A stretch of 64,000 nucleotides of DNA. Source: Entomortierella parvispora E1425 (lineage: Eukaryota; Fungi; Mortierellomycota). Below the pieces are notes generated by a model. The model had not been told where the DNA came from. It searched no databases and saw only the letters and a program-made list of their open reading frames with translations. A program made the position numbers and the translations under genes. This document shows, in pieces, positions 24,614 to 37,051 of the stretch (position 1 is its first letter; each line of letters starts with the position of its first letter). The DNA is taken from the NCBI GenBank assembly GCA_020891255.1, contig BQFW01000004.1, positions 1,178,001 through 1,242,000 of the forward strand, read 5' to 3'.

Positions 24614-25226
24614 ATGTCTAAAAAACTCGCTGCCCAGGCACTCGAATCTCTTCTTAGCAGCAGCAGCTCAACGTCAGTTTCTTCAAAACCTACAAGCACA
24701 AACACCATACGAAAGAAGTCAAACACAACAACAGTTGCGGATCCCCTTCCAGCGACAAAATCAGGATTAAAAAAAATTAAGTATCAGTTGCGCTATGGAC
24801 ATTCTGTGAAGCGAAATCAAGAGGAACGGGAGGCAAAGGAAAACCCACTGCGTAAGCTCTCCAGAACACCTCAGTCGTGCCGACTTTTTACTGGCCATAC
24901 GATATATGTACTAACGTATGTATCTATTGACTAAACGACATCAATGCCCAATCTCTGCAGTCAAACTGAAAACCGAGCAGGAAAAGGAAGAAGCAATCAT
25001 TGAAAGAAATCTCAGTTACTACAAAGTTACCAGTCGAGTATCAAAGAAGGAGCTAGATTTGCGCAAAAAGGTACCGAATCGCGTGTTGATATTGTGGGAT
25101 ACATGATGTCAAATTTACTAACAGTCGCCATTGATGACATAGATCAAAGCCCTGCGTGCAAGGAGCATGGGAGATCAAGACAGGAAGATGACTGTGGAGG
25201 CAGACGAGTCGGACGGCGATGAATAA
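24614..25226 (+). CDS. Small basic hypothetical protein, possibly AROS/Rrt14-like ribosome biogenesis factor
   Basis: Three exons with GT-AG introns; Lys/Arg-rich with acidic end (…EADESDGDE*). Function is a guess. Confidence 0.5.
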
Positions 25227-25421
25227 ATAAAAGATGGACGCTTCATTTTTGTACATCTCTCTTTCTGTGTCGTTGCTGCTCGTTTGGATGTTTGGCTCCT
25301 CCGAGAAGGCACACCAATGAGTCATGTGACACGTGCGCGCTCGCGCTGCAGATAAACGCTGCGGAGGTGAATGAAAGAGGATTTTACAACACCTTAGAAA
25401 GACCTAAGCAAGCCCTTGACT

Positions 25422-27326
25422 ATGGGCATCCTGAGCTCAATTCTTCGGGCAACTCAAAGGAGGGCAGCAGCCGTCGTCCTCCTCTCGCCTTCTTCAGACT
25501 CCGCTGGTCGCCACCAAACCAGTGCTCCTAGACAAGATGTTGAACTTCTATCCAGTGCGTCGACCGACATTGGCGAAAAGGCCGAAATGGCCTCAATCAA
25601 TCTAATGGGACGACCATATAAACGATGGCAGGACAATGAGTCGGCCATGGACATTGAGACAGTAGCGTCAGACTTGGACATGGACATCAATATACCCTCT
25701 GAGCCTACACCCGACTCATCTCGGACGGCTTTACCCAAGCAGAATCGACTGTTTGAAGTTCCGGAGGTCATTCGCTCTATCTGCATGTTCCTTGACAAGC
25801 CATCGTTAGCCGCCTGTTGCCGCGTTTCTAGGATTTGGTATATATACTCTACGCCGTTACTTTGGAGACACATTGTGGACAAGAATTGGCGCGATAGCCG
25901 ATTCTGCTCAGCTATTTCAAATCAGACACACCACATACGATCGTTAAAGTGCGAAGACTGGACAGATTACGAAGAGCTCCTGCTATGTGAATTTCCGCGA
26001 CTCCAGAGTCTGTCTCTTTGTGGTAACAAAGATACGATGACTGTTAAAGAGAGACTTCTGGACAAGGTCCGGTCAACACTCACTTCGTTGTCACTTAGCG
26101 CCGTTTGTCCCGACCTCCTCTCCGACACCACGTTGGTGTCGATCCAAAACCTACAACAGCTCACGACACTCAAACTGTTAAACTTGACGCTAATGCAGGA
26201 CCAGCTATCAAAGATCTTCTTGCTTTGCCATCAGCTTGAGTTTCTCTCACTTACTCGTATAACTTTTCAAGACGAGAACCACGATGTTTTCGACAGCTCT
26301 TTATCGGTGGTAAAGACAGGAGCTTGGGCTACGAGAGGAGCAACCCGGATCAAGTATCTGGCTTTCAAGGAGGTATCCATCGAGTCCGAGTACTTGGGGA
26401 TGTTGCTTTACTCGTGTCCAGCACTGTTGGAGCTATCCATTGCCCGAAACGAAGGCCTCCATGTATCCATGGAATGCTTGACTATCCTCAAAAAGTCTTG
26501 CCCCAACCTCTATGCATTGGATATTGGATCCTGCAAACAACTGGACAGAGACGTATTCGGTTTCATTTTTGCATCATTTCCTTTGCTGACTGTCATCAAC
26601 CTGTCTGGGACCACAATCACAGATCAAGAGCTCCTTCTTGTAGGGTGCAAGCAGCTCCTCAGATTGGACGTACATTATTGCACGTCCATTACTTCCAAAG
26701 GGCTCCACCAGTTCCTGAGCAAGTCAAGGTCCTCATTACGACACCTAGAATCATCGGGAATCATTATGGACCCGACAACGTTCGACAATCATGCCTGGAC
26801 ATGCTCTCAGCTGCAAATATTGTTTGTGGATGTTGGACTCTTTTCGCCCGCCAATGGAGGATCGTCCGATATATCCAACATTTGTGCACCATTGCCTGGG
26901 ACATGCCATGAAGTCTCACACACAGGACATGATGAAGCCGACTACAACTACGAGAATAACATGGCTACTCGGAAAGGACATGAGGAGGATAGCTCAGCAT
27001 CGTCCCAATCTCACGATGCACAGAGGCATCCATTCCACCCCGTTCAAAACCTACGTCAGCTGCAATATCTTGGAATAATGGGAGGTGGTCCAAAACTAAC
27101 TGCTTCAAAGCCGAGCAAGCTCCTACGTGGATTTTCCTCAATCAAGAGACTCCACGTCCTAGGGCTCTACCAGACCTTCAAAAAGGAAGATATCGAATGG
27201 ATGATGAATGAATTTCCAGAACTTTGTCGAATAGATGCAGAACATTACAATATCTCAAACGAGCTTCTAGCCTGGTTTACCACTACCTACCCCGATGTCC
27301 GCGTTTGTCGCAAGGAGAGCGACTAA
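25422..27326 (+). CDS. F-box/leucine-rich repeat (RNI-like) protein
   Basis: F-box LFEVPEVIRSICMFLDKPSLAACCRVSRIW followed by LxxLxL repeats; single exon. Confidence 0.85.
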   Translation: MGILSSILRATQRRAAAVVLLSPSSDSAGRHQTSAPRQDVELLSSASTDIGEKAEMASINLMGRPYKRWQDNESAMDIETVASDLDMDINIPSEPTPDSSRTALPKQNRLFEVPEVIRSICMFLDKPSLAACCRVSRIWYIYSTPLLWRHIVDKNWRDSRFCSAISNQTHHIRSLKCEDWTDYEELLLCEFPRLQSLSLCGNKDTMTVKERLLDKVRSTLTSLSLSAVCPDLLSDTTLVSIQNLQQLTTLKLLNLTLMQDQLSKIFLLCHQLEFLSLTRITFQDENHDVFDSSLSVVKTGAWATRGATRIKYLAFKEVSIESEYLGMLLYSCPALLELSIARNEGLHVSMECLTILKKSCPNLYALDIGSCKQLDRDVFGFIFASFPLLTVINLSGTTITDQELLLVGCKQLLRLDVHYCTSITSKGLHQFLSKSRSSLRHLESSGIIMDPTTFDNHAWTCSQLQILFVDVGLFSPANGGSSDISNICAPLPGTCHEVSHTGHDEADYNYENNMATRKGHEEDSSASSQSHDAQRHPFHPVQNLRQLQYLGIMGGGPKLTASKPSKLLRGFSSIKRLHVLGLYQTFKKEDIEWMMNEFPELCRIDAEHYNISNELLAWFTTTYPDVRVCRKESD

Positions 27327-27471
27327 AAACATCATATCCTCATAAACCCTTGCAGTAACACAGCATAGTGAAGAACAAGGCGGAGATTTGCCTGGGTCAC
27401 ATTTTTTTTTTTTTTTTTTTTTTTTTTGGTACACTACCACTCAATCTCAATCTAAAAAAAAAATTAAGACG

Positions 27472-28639
27472 ATGCGCGCAAAGACAGAACTTGTCAAAAG
27501 ATGGACATCGGCTTTGGTGCCTGTGTGCAACCATAATCAGGGTCATGCTGCTCAAGAAGTCAAATGGCTCCTTCAACATGCAAGGGAGAAGACAGCCTGC
27601 CTTGGGATGGAATCGTCAACTGCGGAGCTTGATTCCATGTCGGAAGCAGAGATTGACTTAATGCAGGACTATATCAATCAAAGAGTCCATCATCGGAAAC
27701 CCCTTCAGTATATCTTAGGTAAATACAGTAAATGTCGGATAAGGGGTCATCAACTTTGCAAAAGGGCTGACTTAAACCTCTCACAAACATCTGCCCAGGA
27801 ACACAGCCATTTTTGGATCTAGAGATCCTTGTCCGTCCACCGACTTTAATCCCAAGGTTGGTTACCAACAGAGTGGATCTAAGTATTTGTCACATACACT
27901 CTCCCGTTAACATTTTTTTATCCCATGTAGATGGGAAACCGAGGAGTGGACAGGTCGATTAGCGAGACTTACTAGACCGCGCGTTGTATCGAACAAAAGT
28001 GAAGAAGATATTGGATCTCGTAGCAAATCGGGGTCAAAAAGCTCAGCGGGATGGTTCAATATTCTGGATATCTGTACTGGGTCTGGCTGTATACCACTGG
28101 GCTTGGCCTCCGCCTTGCCCGAATCGTCCTGCAGGCTAACAGGAATTGATATCCACGACCTTGCCATACAATTGGCTCGAGAGAATGAGGCAACGAATCG
28201 ACGGCTCCTCAACAACAACCCAGTCCAGTTCCATCAGGCAGACCTGTTCCATCCAGAAGCTGTCAGCATGTTTTTAAATTGGCAAAGAACGTCTTTTGAT
28301 CTAGTGGTTTCGAATCCACCTTACATTGCTCACTCGGAACAGCCGGAGCTTGAGCCTGAAGTTTCAAAATGGGAGGATCCTAAAGCGCTAATGGCTGACG
28401 AGGAAGGATTGGTGTTTTATCCTAAGATTGCCCACATGGCTATGAAGCTCCTGAAGACAAAAACTCGGCGAAATAGCCCGATTGTTGATAGAGTTGAGGC
28501 CCCTGAAATTGTTCTTGAAATTGGGGGCGACCATCAGGCAGACGCTGTAACGGCATCTGTCCGTGAGGCAGGGTTTACACGGGTTGAAGTGTGGAAGGAC
28601 TTGGCAGACAGAGCGCGTTGTGTTGTTGGATCAAGATAA
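27472..28639 (+). CDS. MTQ1: HemK/PrmC-family release-factor glutamine methyltransferase, probably mitochondrial
   Basis: RVHHRKPLQYIL|G, LIPR|WETEEW, ILDICTGSGCI and NPPY motifs. Confidence 0.88.
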
Positions 28640-28772
28640 GTTTCGGAGATACATTGACTGTATTGCCAATGTCGGGACTAAACGTCTTGCACCATAAAGT
28701 AAACACATTTTTTATTTTTTATTTTATTATTTTATTTTATTTCGATTTTTGAGGGTATCTTAGATCAGTCCT

Positions 28773-31700
28773 TCATGGGAAATGGGTCATGTCCACTTCG
28801 GGATTCGCCTGCTGCTGCTGAGGTGTAGCCGAGTGATGGAGCGCTTGTGGGTAAGTCGTGACAGACGACTGAGAAGATGGAGGTGATTGGAGTTGCTGTG
28901 GAAGCACAGCAGTCGAGGACGAGGACGACTGCGTTTGCTTTTGCTGCATCTGGAGCTGGAGCTGCTTCTGGTGCAGTTGTTGCAAAGTTGGATGTTGTTG
29001 TGGCTGCGGCTGATAAGGTTGAGGACGGAATTGTGTTGTGGGCTGGTACACAGGGGGTTGAGGAGGGCCTACTGGTGTCGTCTGAGAGATCGATTGCGCC
29101 TGTGAGTCCGCCAGAGAGACTATGTTTGGCAGAGAAGGTGAAGGTGTGGTGCTCCCCCCTGATGTGGTATTGGAGGCACCAGCATTTGGTCTAGCGTTGG
29201 TTCTCCTTGGTGGGGCAACAGGAGTGCTAGCTCCGTTCGATCCTTGACGTTGTTGCTGCTGTTGAGACTGTTGCAACCCTGACATACCCCCCACATTGCT
29301 GAGATTGGAGTGGTTACTACTGGTTGAAGGCCGCTCGTGACTACTGCCGGTAGAAGGCCTCGCAGTACCATGACTACTGCTGGTTGAAGGTCGCGCATTA
29401 CGTACAAACAACTCTGCCGTGTTTGTGATGAAAAACTCGATTGTCATGTTTTTGTAAGTCATGTCCAAAATTTCCTTGCTTGGGTCGGGATTGCGCATCA
29501 GCGTTGGACCAAATACAACAGAGAGATTTTTGGCGTTCATCAAATTGATCTTGTCTCTCTGAGTGACTCTGTTCAAATGCTCTAAAAGAACTTTCAAGGT
29601 CTGATAGTGGGCAAAAGGCATCCGCTCCATAAGATCCTTGAATGTCTGCATCTTTGTGTCGTTCTGTGGTAAACTGATGGCATCAATGAACTCAGCATAG
29701 AGATCATAGGGGATCAGAGGCTCAGGTAAACTGCGGAGATATTGCTTCAAAACTGAAGTGATGGAGCAAATGTCTTGGTAGACATCTGTGTCGTTCAAGT
29801 CCGGCTGTAAACCGACATCGTACGCTTGCACAAGCTGTCGCGCTTCTGCCGCCATGCCTGATCTTCGATATATTCCCTCGACTTCCAATCCTCGCTCATC
29901 CACAGCCTCGATACACTTTTCAACTACAAGGGGCACACTCCTTTGCTCCCGTTCGAGCTGGTCCAAGAGGTCGTTGCCAAACATGACTTGTTTGCTTGGG
30001 GGTGGTGGCGGCACACCATGACCACTACTGCCGCTAAGAGTCATATTGCGGACGCTGCTAGAATCGGTATCTTTGCAAGTGCCGGAGCAACCTGGTATCA
30101 CCTCGTGCATACATCTGCTGTGAACCTGGAATCCACAATCTACAAGGAGAATACAATATAAGTGTCAGTATCATCAACACATCAGAAAGTTCATATATCA
30201 CCAAGGAGCTTGTCGATTTCCTTACTGCGGCACTTGTATTCGCGGCCCCACATCTTGTCGTCGCAGCAGTCGCAGTGTGTCCTCCGTACATAGTTATGCT
30301 GCATGAAGTTGTGCTGGTCCATCGATCGATCGCTCAAGGACCTTGTCTCGCTATTGCTTGAGAACGACCTCGTCCCTACAGCTAGGCCGTTGGCGCTGGC
30401 AGAGTCTGATAGGAGTTGCCCACCTCGGCTTGGAGGGACCTCAAGGCTAGAACTCGATGCCGCTGTCGCTGGACCTTCAACAAGTAGCTTTCCAAACATT
30501 GCACCGACGCTTTTGACAGTGTTCGTGGTTCCCTTTTTCCAGTTGAACTTCTTCGGCGTTATGATTTCTTCTCCAAATAGATCCTCACTTCGGTCTCCCT
30601 TTCTCGCTTTGTGGACAGAATGCTCATCTAAAGGTTAAAGAAACTGAGTGAGAAGAATTGTCCATCCTCAACCAATGGGCGACTTCAGCCTAAGTCCGCA
30701 GTCTTCATCCAGTTGTCGCTGACAACTAATCTTGGACGGCACAAATTTCCTCAGCTTACCATTGTTACTATATGTGGATCTCGGCTTTCCATCTGATCGT
30801 CCTTGCATCTCCCTCATCATGTCGTTATTGATGGTTGACAACTCTGCATTGCGAACGCTTAGAACTTGCATCTCGTCCAGAACATTGTCTCGCTGTGCAA
30901 CATAGGCCTGAATGTCGCGGTGTAAGCTCTCTTTTTGCTCTTGGAGAGCCTTAACTTCTGCTTGATAAGCCTGCTTCATGAAGTCATGGTTGGTACTAAA
31001 ACGAGGATTGGGAGTTGCTGTGGGCTCCAAGGAGCTCTCAGTCCCTTCAACATTTACTCTAAAATGAAAACAAAAATTTAGATCAAGGAAAAGATCACTG
31101 CGCGAATCACAATTGCCTAGCTTCAACATCCATATGCAATACCTTAACTCCTCTTGCATTGCTTCAAGATCCATAACTAGAAGGTCTTTTTCTATGTAAA
31201 GCTCTCTGATGGATCTTTCCAGATCAGTGTGTTCCTGTTCAAGTTTTTTCGATTTTTCAAGCAACTGCCCATACTCCTGCTGATGCGTTCCGTGGAGCAA
31301 CGGGTTCATCGGATTATATTTGGCAAGTTCCATCCGGAGCTCCTGTATCATTGCCTCAGCATCCGCCAAACTCGTTGCTGCATGCTAGTGAAAAGTAACA
31401 AGTAAAGTTAGTATAATATGACTCCACAGCATGATTATCAAAGCAGTAATAGACACTACAGAAAGGACATAAATACCTTTGCTAGATCCCCAGCATTGAG
31501 CGACACTGATTTAACAAACCGATTTTGAAGGACTTTGGAATTTGGCAACTCTGACACGTCTGAAGAAAGCCGGGCTCCTTCAATAGGGCTAGAACGATCA
31601 CTAGATGTCGACAACGCGAAAGGTCCGCCGCTGATAGGGCTAATACTCGTACGAAACGAGTTGACCTCTAGCGCTTTGACGTCGGTATCTTTAGGCGGTA

Positions 31701-32092
31701 GTGTCGGAAGATCTGCTTGCGATTTATCAGAATCAGCAAGCATATCACCAAGATCAAAGCTGCTGGTAGACGCATCATCTAGTCCAAAGATTAACGGAGG
31801 CAAAAAAGGAGGACCCACGTCGACAACAGGCAAACCAGAACCCGTCTTGACGTCGCTGCGAGGTAAAGGCGAGACTTTGTTTGTTTTGTGGATGCCATGG
31901 TCAGGCCGGGCAGATTTTGAAAACGGCAGTCTTGGCATATCTAAACCCAGGTTATCTTTCAACGCCGCACTCTCACCAGATGATTGAGGATGACTGAAAG
32001 CTGAGGGATGGTACTGTCGTGTATCCTGCTGTCGTTGCTGCTGTTGCTGCAACTGCAGCTGTTGTTGTTGCTGATGCTGTTGCTGCTGTTGC

Positions 32093-32189
<97 letters not shown>

Positions 32190-33079
32190 GCTGAAGATGA
32201 TGCTGATGATGATACTGATGCTGATGCTGATGCTGTTGCTGTGGAGGGTCTTGAGGATGATGCTGAAGGTGAATATTCCCCGGCGTAGTCCAGTTCTGAT
32301 CCGTCTGAAGTTTCTACAGCAAAGAGTGACAGTGAAGAATGCAAAAGACGAAAGAGCAGTCAGCAATGAAGCAAAAAAGCAGACCAGGGAGGGACACAGA
32401 CGGTCAGACCTAGGCAATCACCGGCCTGTTTCACTCCCATCGGCACTCACCTCGTCATCGGGGATGGTGGGCAGCAACTTTTCCATCATCCTCTCGGCCC
32501 GCTCCATCCTTTCTCGCTCCTCCCGCTGCCGCTTGGCCTCCTTGCGTTCTTGATGACAGTTCATACAATATATGCCCTGTGAAGTCTTCGCGAACACAAG
32601 GTCGTCGATTTTGGCAGCACACTGGATACAGCGAAAGCAGTCTGCATGGTAAGCCTCGTCGCCTAGATTAAACCAAGAGAACGTCGATTAGGGCAGATAC
32701 TTGGTGCTTTATCTTTGAAAAGCGGCCTCATTACCAGTCATGATAGCCTCGTCTAGAATGGGCTGCCGGCACGAGTGGCAGTTATAAGAGCACTGCTCGC
32801 AGATTGGACTTCCATCGGACAGCAGGAGGAGGTTGCTATCGCATTCGACTCTGTTCTTGCACTTTGCACAGCGAAAACTAAAGGAGCGAGGTGCAGGGGG
32901 AGGCAGGGAGGTTGGACCAACGGTTAATGACAGGACAAACAGTAGGGCGCAGGCGGAATCAGAATCGGGAGGCCCACTTGCCACTGCACATGCCAAAGAC
33001 CCTCGCCAAAGGCTACAACGCTGCCTTCTTCGATGGAACGATGGCAGCCTAGACACACTGGGTCCTGATCTTCATCCAT
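28773..33079 (-). CDS. LIM-domain RhoGAP with C1 domain (Rga1/2-like)
   Basis: Two N-terminal LIM domains (CLGCHRSI...; CHSCRQPI), a polyQ tract, coiled coil, C1 domain (HNFMQHNYVRRTHCDCC) and RhoGAP domain (GIYRRSG...NLMNAKNLSVVFGPTL). Confidence 0.88.
32094..32190. repeat. Perfect (CAA)~32 coding microsatellite (polyQ of the RhoGAP)
   Basis: Uninterrupted TTG run on the plus strand. The spliced frame KLQTDQNW...HHLQQQ shows it is read as Gln. Confidence 0.95.
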
Positions 33080-33468
33080 GCAGAGAATGGCAGAAGTGGA
33101 TGTGATATTGAGGGACTAAGGCCGAATGAGAGTCGACAGATGTGTAGATGGCCCAGATGCAAGAGATGGGTAACGGCTAGGGCAAGCGCGTGAGGGGGGG
33201 GGGGGGGAAGGGAGGAAGGGAGGGGAAAGAAAGATGAAAAGTAATTTGGTCCAAGGAGCCGTTCGTCTGTCCGTCTGTCCGTTTGTCCGTAAGAAGCGAG
33301 AAGACGAAAAGACAAAAAAAGAGCGAGGAAGGTGGGGAGGGGCGTCTTTCTTTTCTGACTGTTCAATTCCATTTATTGCGGGAGGTGAGCCCGCCCGTAT
33401 TGTACCCCGCCATTGCCTGGCCTACATGACCAGCCAGCAGTATCCTGTCTGTCTTCTCTTTGTGGGCA

Positions 33469-36400
33469 CTACCGCGCACTTGCCACCCGCGGATGCCCGT
33501 GGCTAATCTCTTCCAGGTTGTGCTGTCGTAGGGGGGTATCTGCAAACAACGCGCAGACTAGCTCTGAGAGTTCTTCCTCATTAAACATCTGGAGCTGTCC
33601 AGCTCGAAAACGGGTCATGATCTCTGCAAACGACAACTCAAGGACATCCGTCAACACCTGGAACTTTTCCCAGCTGGCCACGAACAAATGGACGGGATCC
33701 TACAGTAGGTGGCAGTAACATGGAAACTAGTCAGTAAGAACAGGGGACTCTTCATGAGCAAAAAAAAGCGAATTTGTCCGCACCTCGTCCTCGTAGCTTT
33801 CACCCTTGATCTCCCTAACGAGCGGTCCAGCCGAATCAAATTGGTCTTCGCACTCGAACAACTGGCCGCAAAGAAGAGCCAACTTATGTGACTCCCTCTC
33901 AGAAATATCCCCTAGTTGTTCAATATCTGTGATCACCCTCTTGACTACATCGTTCAGCAATTCGCCCATTACACGATAAAATGCCAGGGGAGCTAGAGTT
34001 GACTACAAGCAGAAATCAGTAAGATAGTCTTCAAATTACATGATTTATATTACCAAATGTAATCAAAATGTTGTACCTTCCAAGCTTTTCCTAGATGTCG
34101 GAAAGCAAGAATGATCTGTTTCATGGAGCGCTCACAGGCACTGAAATTGGCATCTACGGAGGAATCCTGAAATCCCCCTGATTCATCAAGACTCTGCATC
34201 AGCTCTTCTCGCTGTCCTCGCTATATTATAACAGTAAATAGAGACATATTAGGGCGAGCACCACATATTGCGAGGGTAGTCTTCAGTTCCACATACCACC
34301 TGAAGCTCAAGCCATCTCTCTGCTAACGCCTTAAGAGCTGGTGCAATGTCATCGTATTGCACGTCGTCCAGACCAGGAATGCCCTCTTCAAAACGCTCCG
34401 GGATCTTTTCGAGTTCACGTGCAATATACATGCAGTCACTGTAGAACAAAATTCCTAGTGCCGGCACCTGTGTGAGTGCTCTGGCATGATGCACCGGCAT
34501 CAATGCACGATACAGATCGATTAAAGACCTAGTTGCCTGATATAAGCGAGGCGAGCTGAACATACAAAAGGCGGTCAATCCACGATCTCTCAGAGCAACA
34601 GCATAGCTCAATCAAATCGAGACTCCAAGTCTTCCAACTCACGTCGAGCTATCCTGAGATTCGGCCTCGTGTAAAGTTTGCAAAATCATTTCGACCAGCT
34701 TTTTAGCCTTGATACTAATACAAGTGTCCCTGATGTCCGCATTCAAATTCCTGATTCGACCCCATCGCCCATTGTCTCTCTCCAGTTCATCTGTTGAATA
34801 AAGAGTAAATGTTAGACACATTGCCCGTGTCAGCGCCAGCAGGACAAAATATCAAGACTACCATTTTCGTCCAGATCCTTGACGTGAACCCCTCCGAAAT
34901 CATCGCTCATAATGACAGCTCGACCCAATTTCATCAAGGCATCTCTTTTCTTGTCTGCGTAATATATATCGATGTGTTCCACGAAATCTCTGATCTCTCT
35001 GTCGGTCTCAGACAAAAATCCTATTTCAGTAGAAGCAGCGAATTTCGGTTACAAGTCAGCAAAGATTACAGCATCTAATAAAATTCGCTGTTATTTACCC
35101 AAAGCTATTAGCTCATTTTCAAACGCGACAACTTTTGCTCCAATAGTCTCGAAACTCTTCAGGCCATCGGCATCCTCCGGAACAATCCTTGACAAATAGA
35201 AACTCAATAAAAAACCACAGGCCTCCTTCGCAATTGATCTGCCCACGACACGTGTTAAAATATTGGTGTCTGATAAGGAGCCATCAGAATTGAATGTCGA
35301 ACTGGTGTAGTCGTTCAAGAAGATATCCCGATGGATGAAATGGAACACTTTCATGACAGCGCTAATAATGTCATCTAGAAGACATATTAGCACCCTTACA
35401 TGGCAATAAACAAGTGTATAAGGCAGATTATGTTACGTTGCATGAACATACCAGATCCCTCGCCCGGTCTCAGTTTTAAAGAGATCGATGATCCTGACGA
35501 ACTCGGGTAGCTATCGCTTGAGCGTTCAATTTCTAGTATAGCGTCGCCATGCGAGCGTATGAGTGGGTACAGTAGCTGCTGCACCATGGCCTTGTGCAGA
35601 GGCGCAAGCTTCTCTTGTACGACGTCCAAAAGAGTCAGCGCCCTCCCTAGCTCATGCCATCGAATTGTTACCGGGGTTGATTTTTTGCTATGTCTGGGCA
35701 GAGACAAATGCGGCACCTTGACATTGTATAAGAGTTCAAGTTTGAAGTCCGAAGCCTCCTCTTCTTCTCGCGGACCTGTAAAGATGGCACCAGCTACAAG
35801 TTCATCCAGCATCTGATCAATAGCCTCTGTCATCTGGGAACATTGATCCTGAAAACAATTGTCCGTCCAAGGTATAATCCGTAAATTAGATTAGCGTGTA
35901 TTACAACCTTTGCCACAAAAGCGATATATAATGAACATTCGTACCGTCAGGAGTTTTGTCATGTAAGATGCAAAAGTACCGGCATTTGGAGGATTTGAAA
36001 GAAATCTTGACTATCATATAGGGTCACCGTCAGTATTTTCATGAGTTCCCGAGGGTTTTAGCAACCTGACTCCTTCAAAAAGGAACGTACCGCCTTCTGT
36101 ATGCATTGCCCTGCATCTAGAATTTTTCCTGCATCCATATATTGCCCATACTGCGTGAGAATGCAATCGATCTACAGATATGAAAAATATTGTTAGGGGT
36201 CGGTTGTCCCGATCAGGATCGGCATGGGGCACCGAGATCACTTGCCTTGAAAAAATGCTGGAGGCCATCTACGATGGCATCGTTCTCCTGAACCTTGTAT
36301 GAAGCCTCGTGATGGTATACCAACGAAGCCATAATTGTCTGTCTCAACCCGCTCTTTGAAAAAGGCATATAGGAAAATTAGAGCATGCCTAAGAATGACA

Positions 36401-36858
36401 ACATATCACGGCTGTAAATGAGGATCTATCTACCTCTGGATCGATAGCCTGCTCTGAAAGTTCGGCAGTTTGCAGTAGGAGATCGTCGATTTTGTCTTTG
36501 AGTTCCAGAGAACGCTCGAAGAAGTCCGAGAAAGAGTCGTAGTTGGCAAGTAGTTTCTTGTACATTTGCGACTATTAACGCATATGGAGATTATGTTACG
36601 CGTCAGTAATCCTCGCGACACACCACCGAGGTCGCACACAAACACTTTCCCACTCCTTTGTACTGATGCTCAACGGACCTTCGCCTCCTGAATTTCTGTA
36701 TCCAAAACGAAAGTGGTTTGTTCGAGCTCCTCCAGTGTTGCGGGCTTTGTGTTCTCGGCTGGGATGGATGAACCAAGTCCCAAACTAGTTGTGCTGTCGC
36801 CATGGTTAGATGTGAGTAAGTCGGCAAAGCCATGACCAGAGAGAGTGGCGCTTGCCAT
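33469..36858 (-). CDS. ZW10: ZW10/Dsl1-family tethering and kinetochore protein
   Basis: Multi-exon helical protein. N-terminus IQEAK|SQMYKKLLANYDSF; C-terminus ELSFAEIMTRFRAGQLQMFNEEELSELVCALFADTPLR matches the ZW10 C-terminal pattern. Confidence 0.8.
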
Positions 36859-37051
36859 GATGGAATAAATCAAGTCAATCGGATGCAAAGATGCACGCGT
36901 TGCTTTGGCACATGCATCCACATTGTCGGCATCCAATTCAGCATTTCAAATCAGCACGTGACCCGTGCGCTGCTGCTGGTGCTGCGGAGGAAGTCAAACA
37001 CAAAAAATCGCTTCGCCTCTTTCTTCTTTCTTCACCTCCCATTAGCAGCAA

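Noticed and set aside
31959-32553. PolyL, polyV, polyN and polyT ORFs
   Set aside because: Alternative frames of the CAA repeat; splicing fixes the Gln frame.
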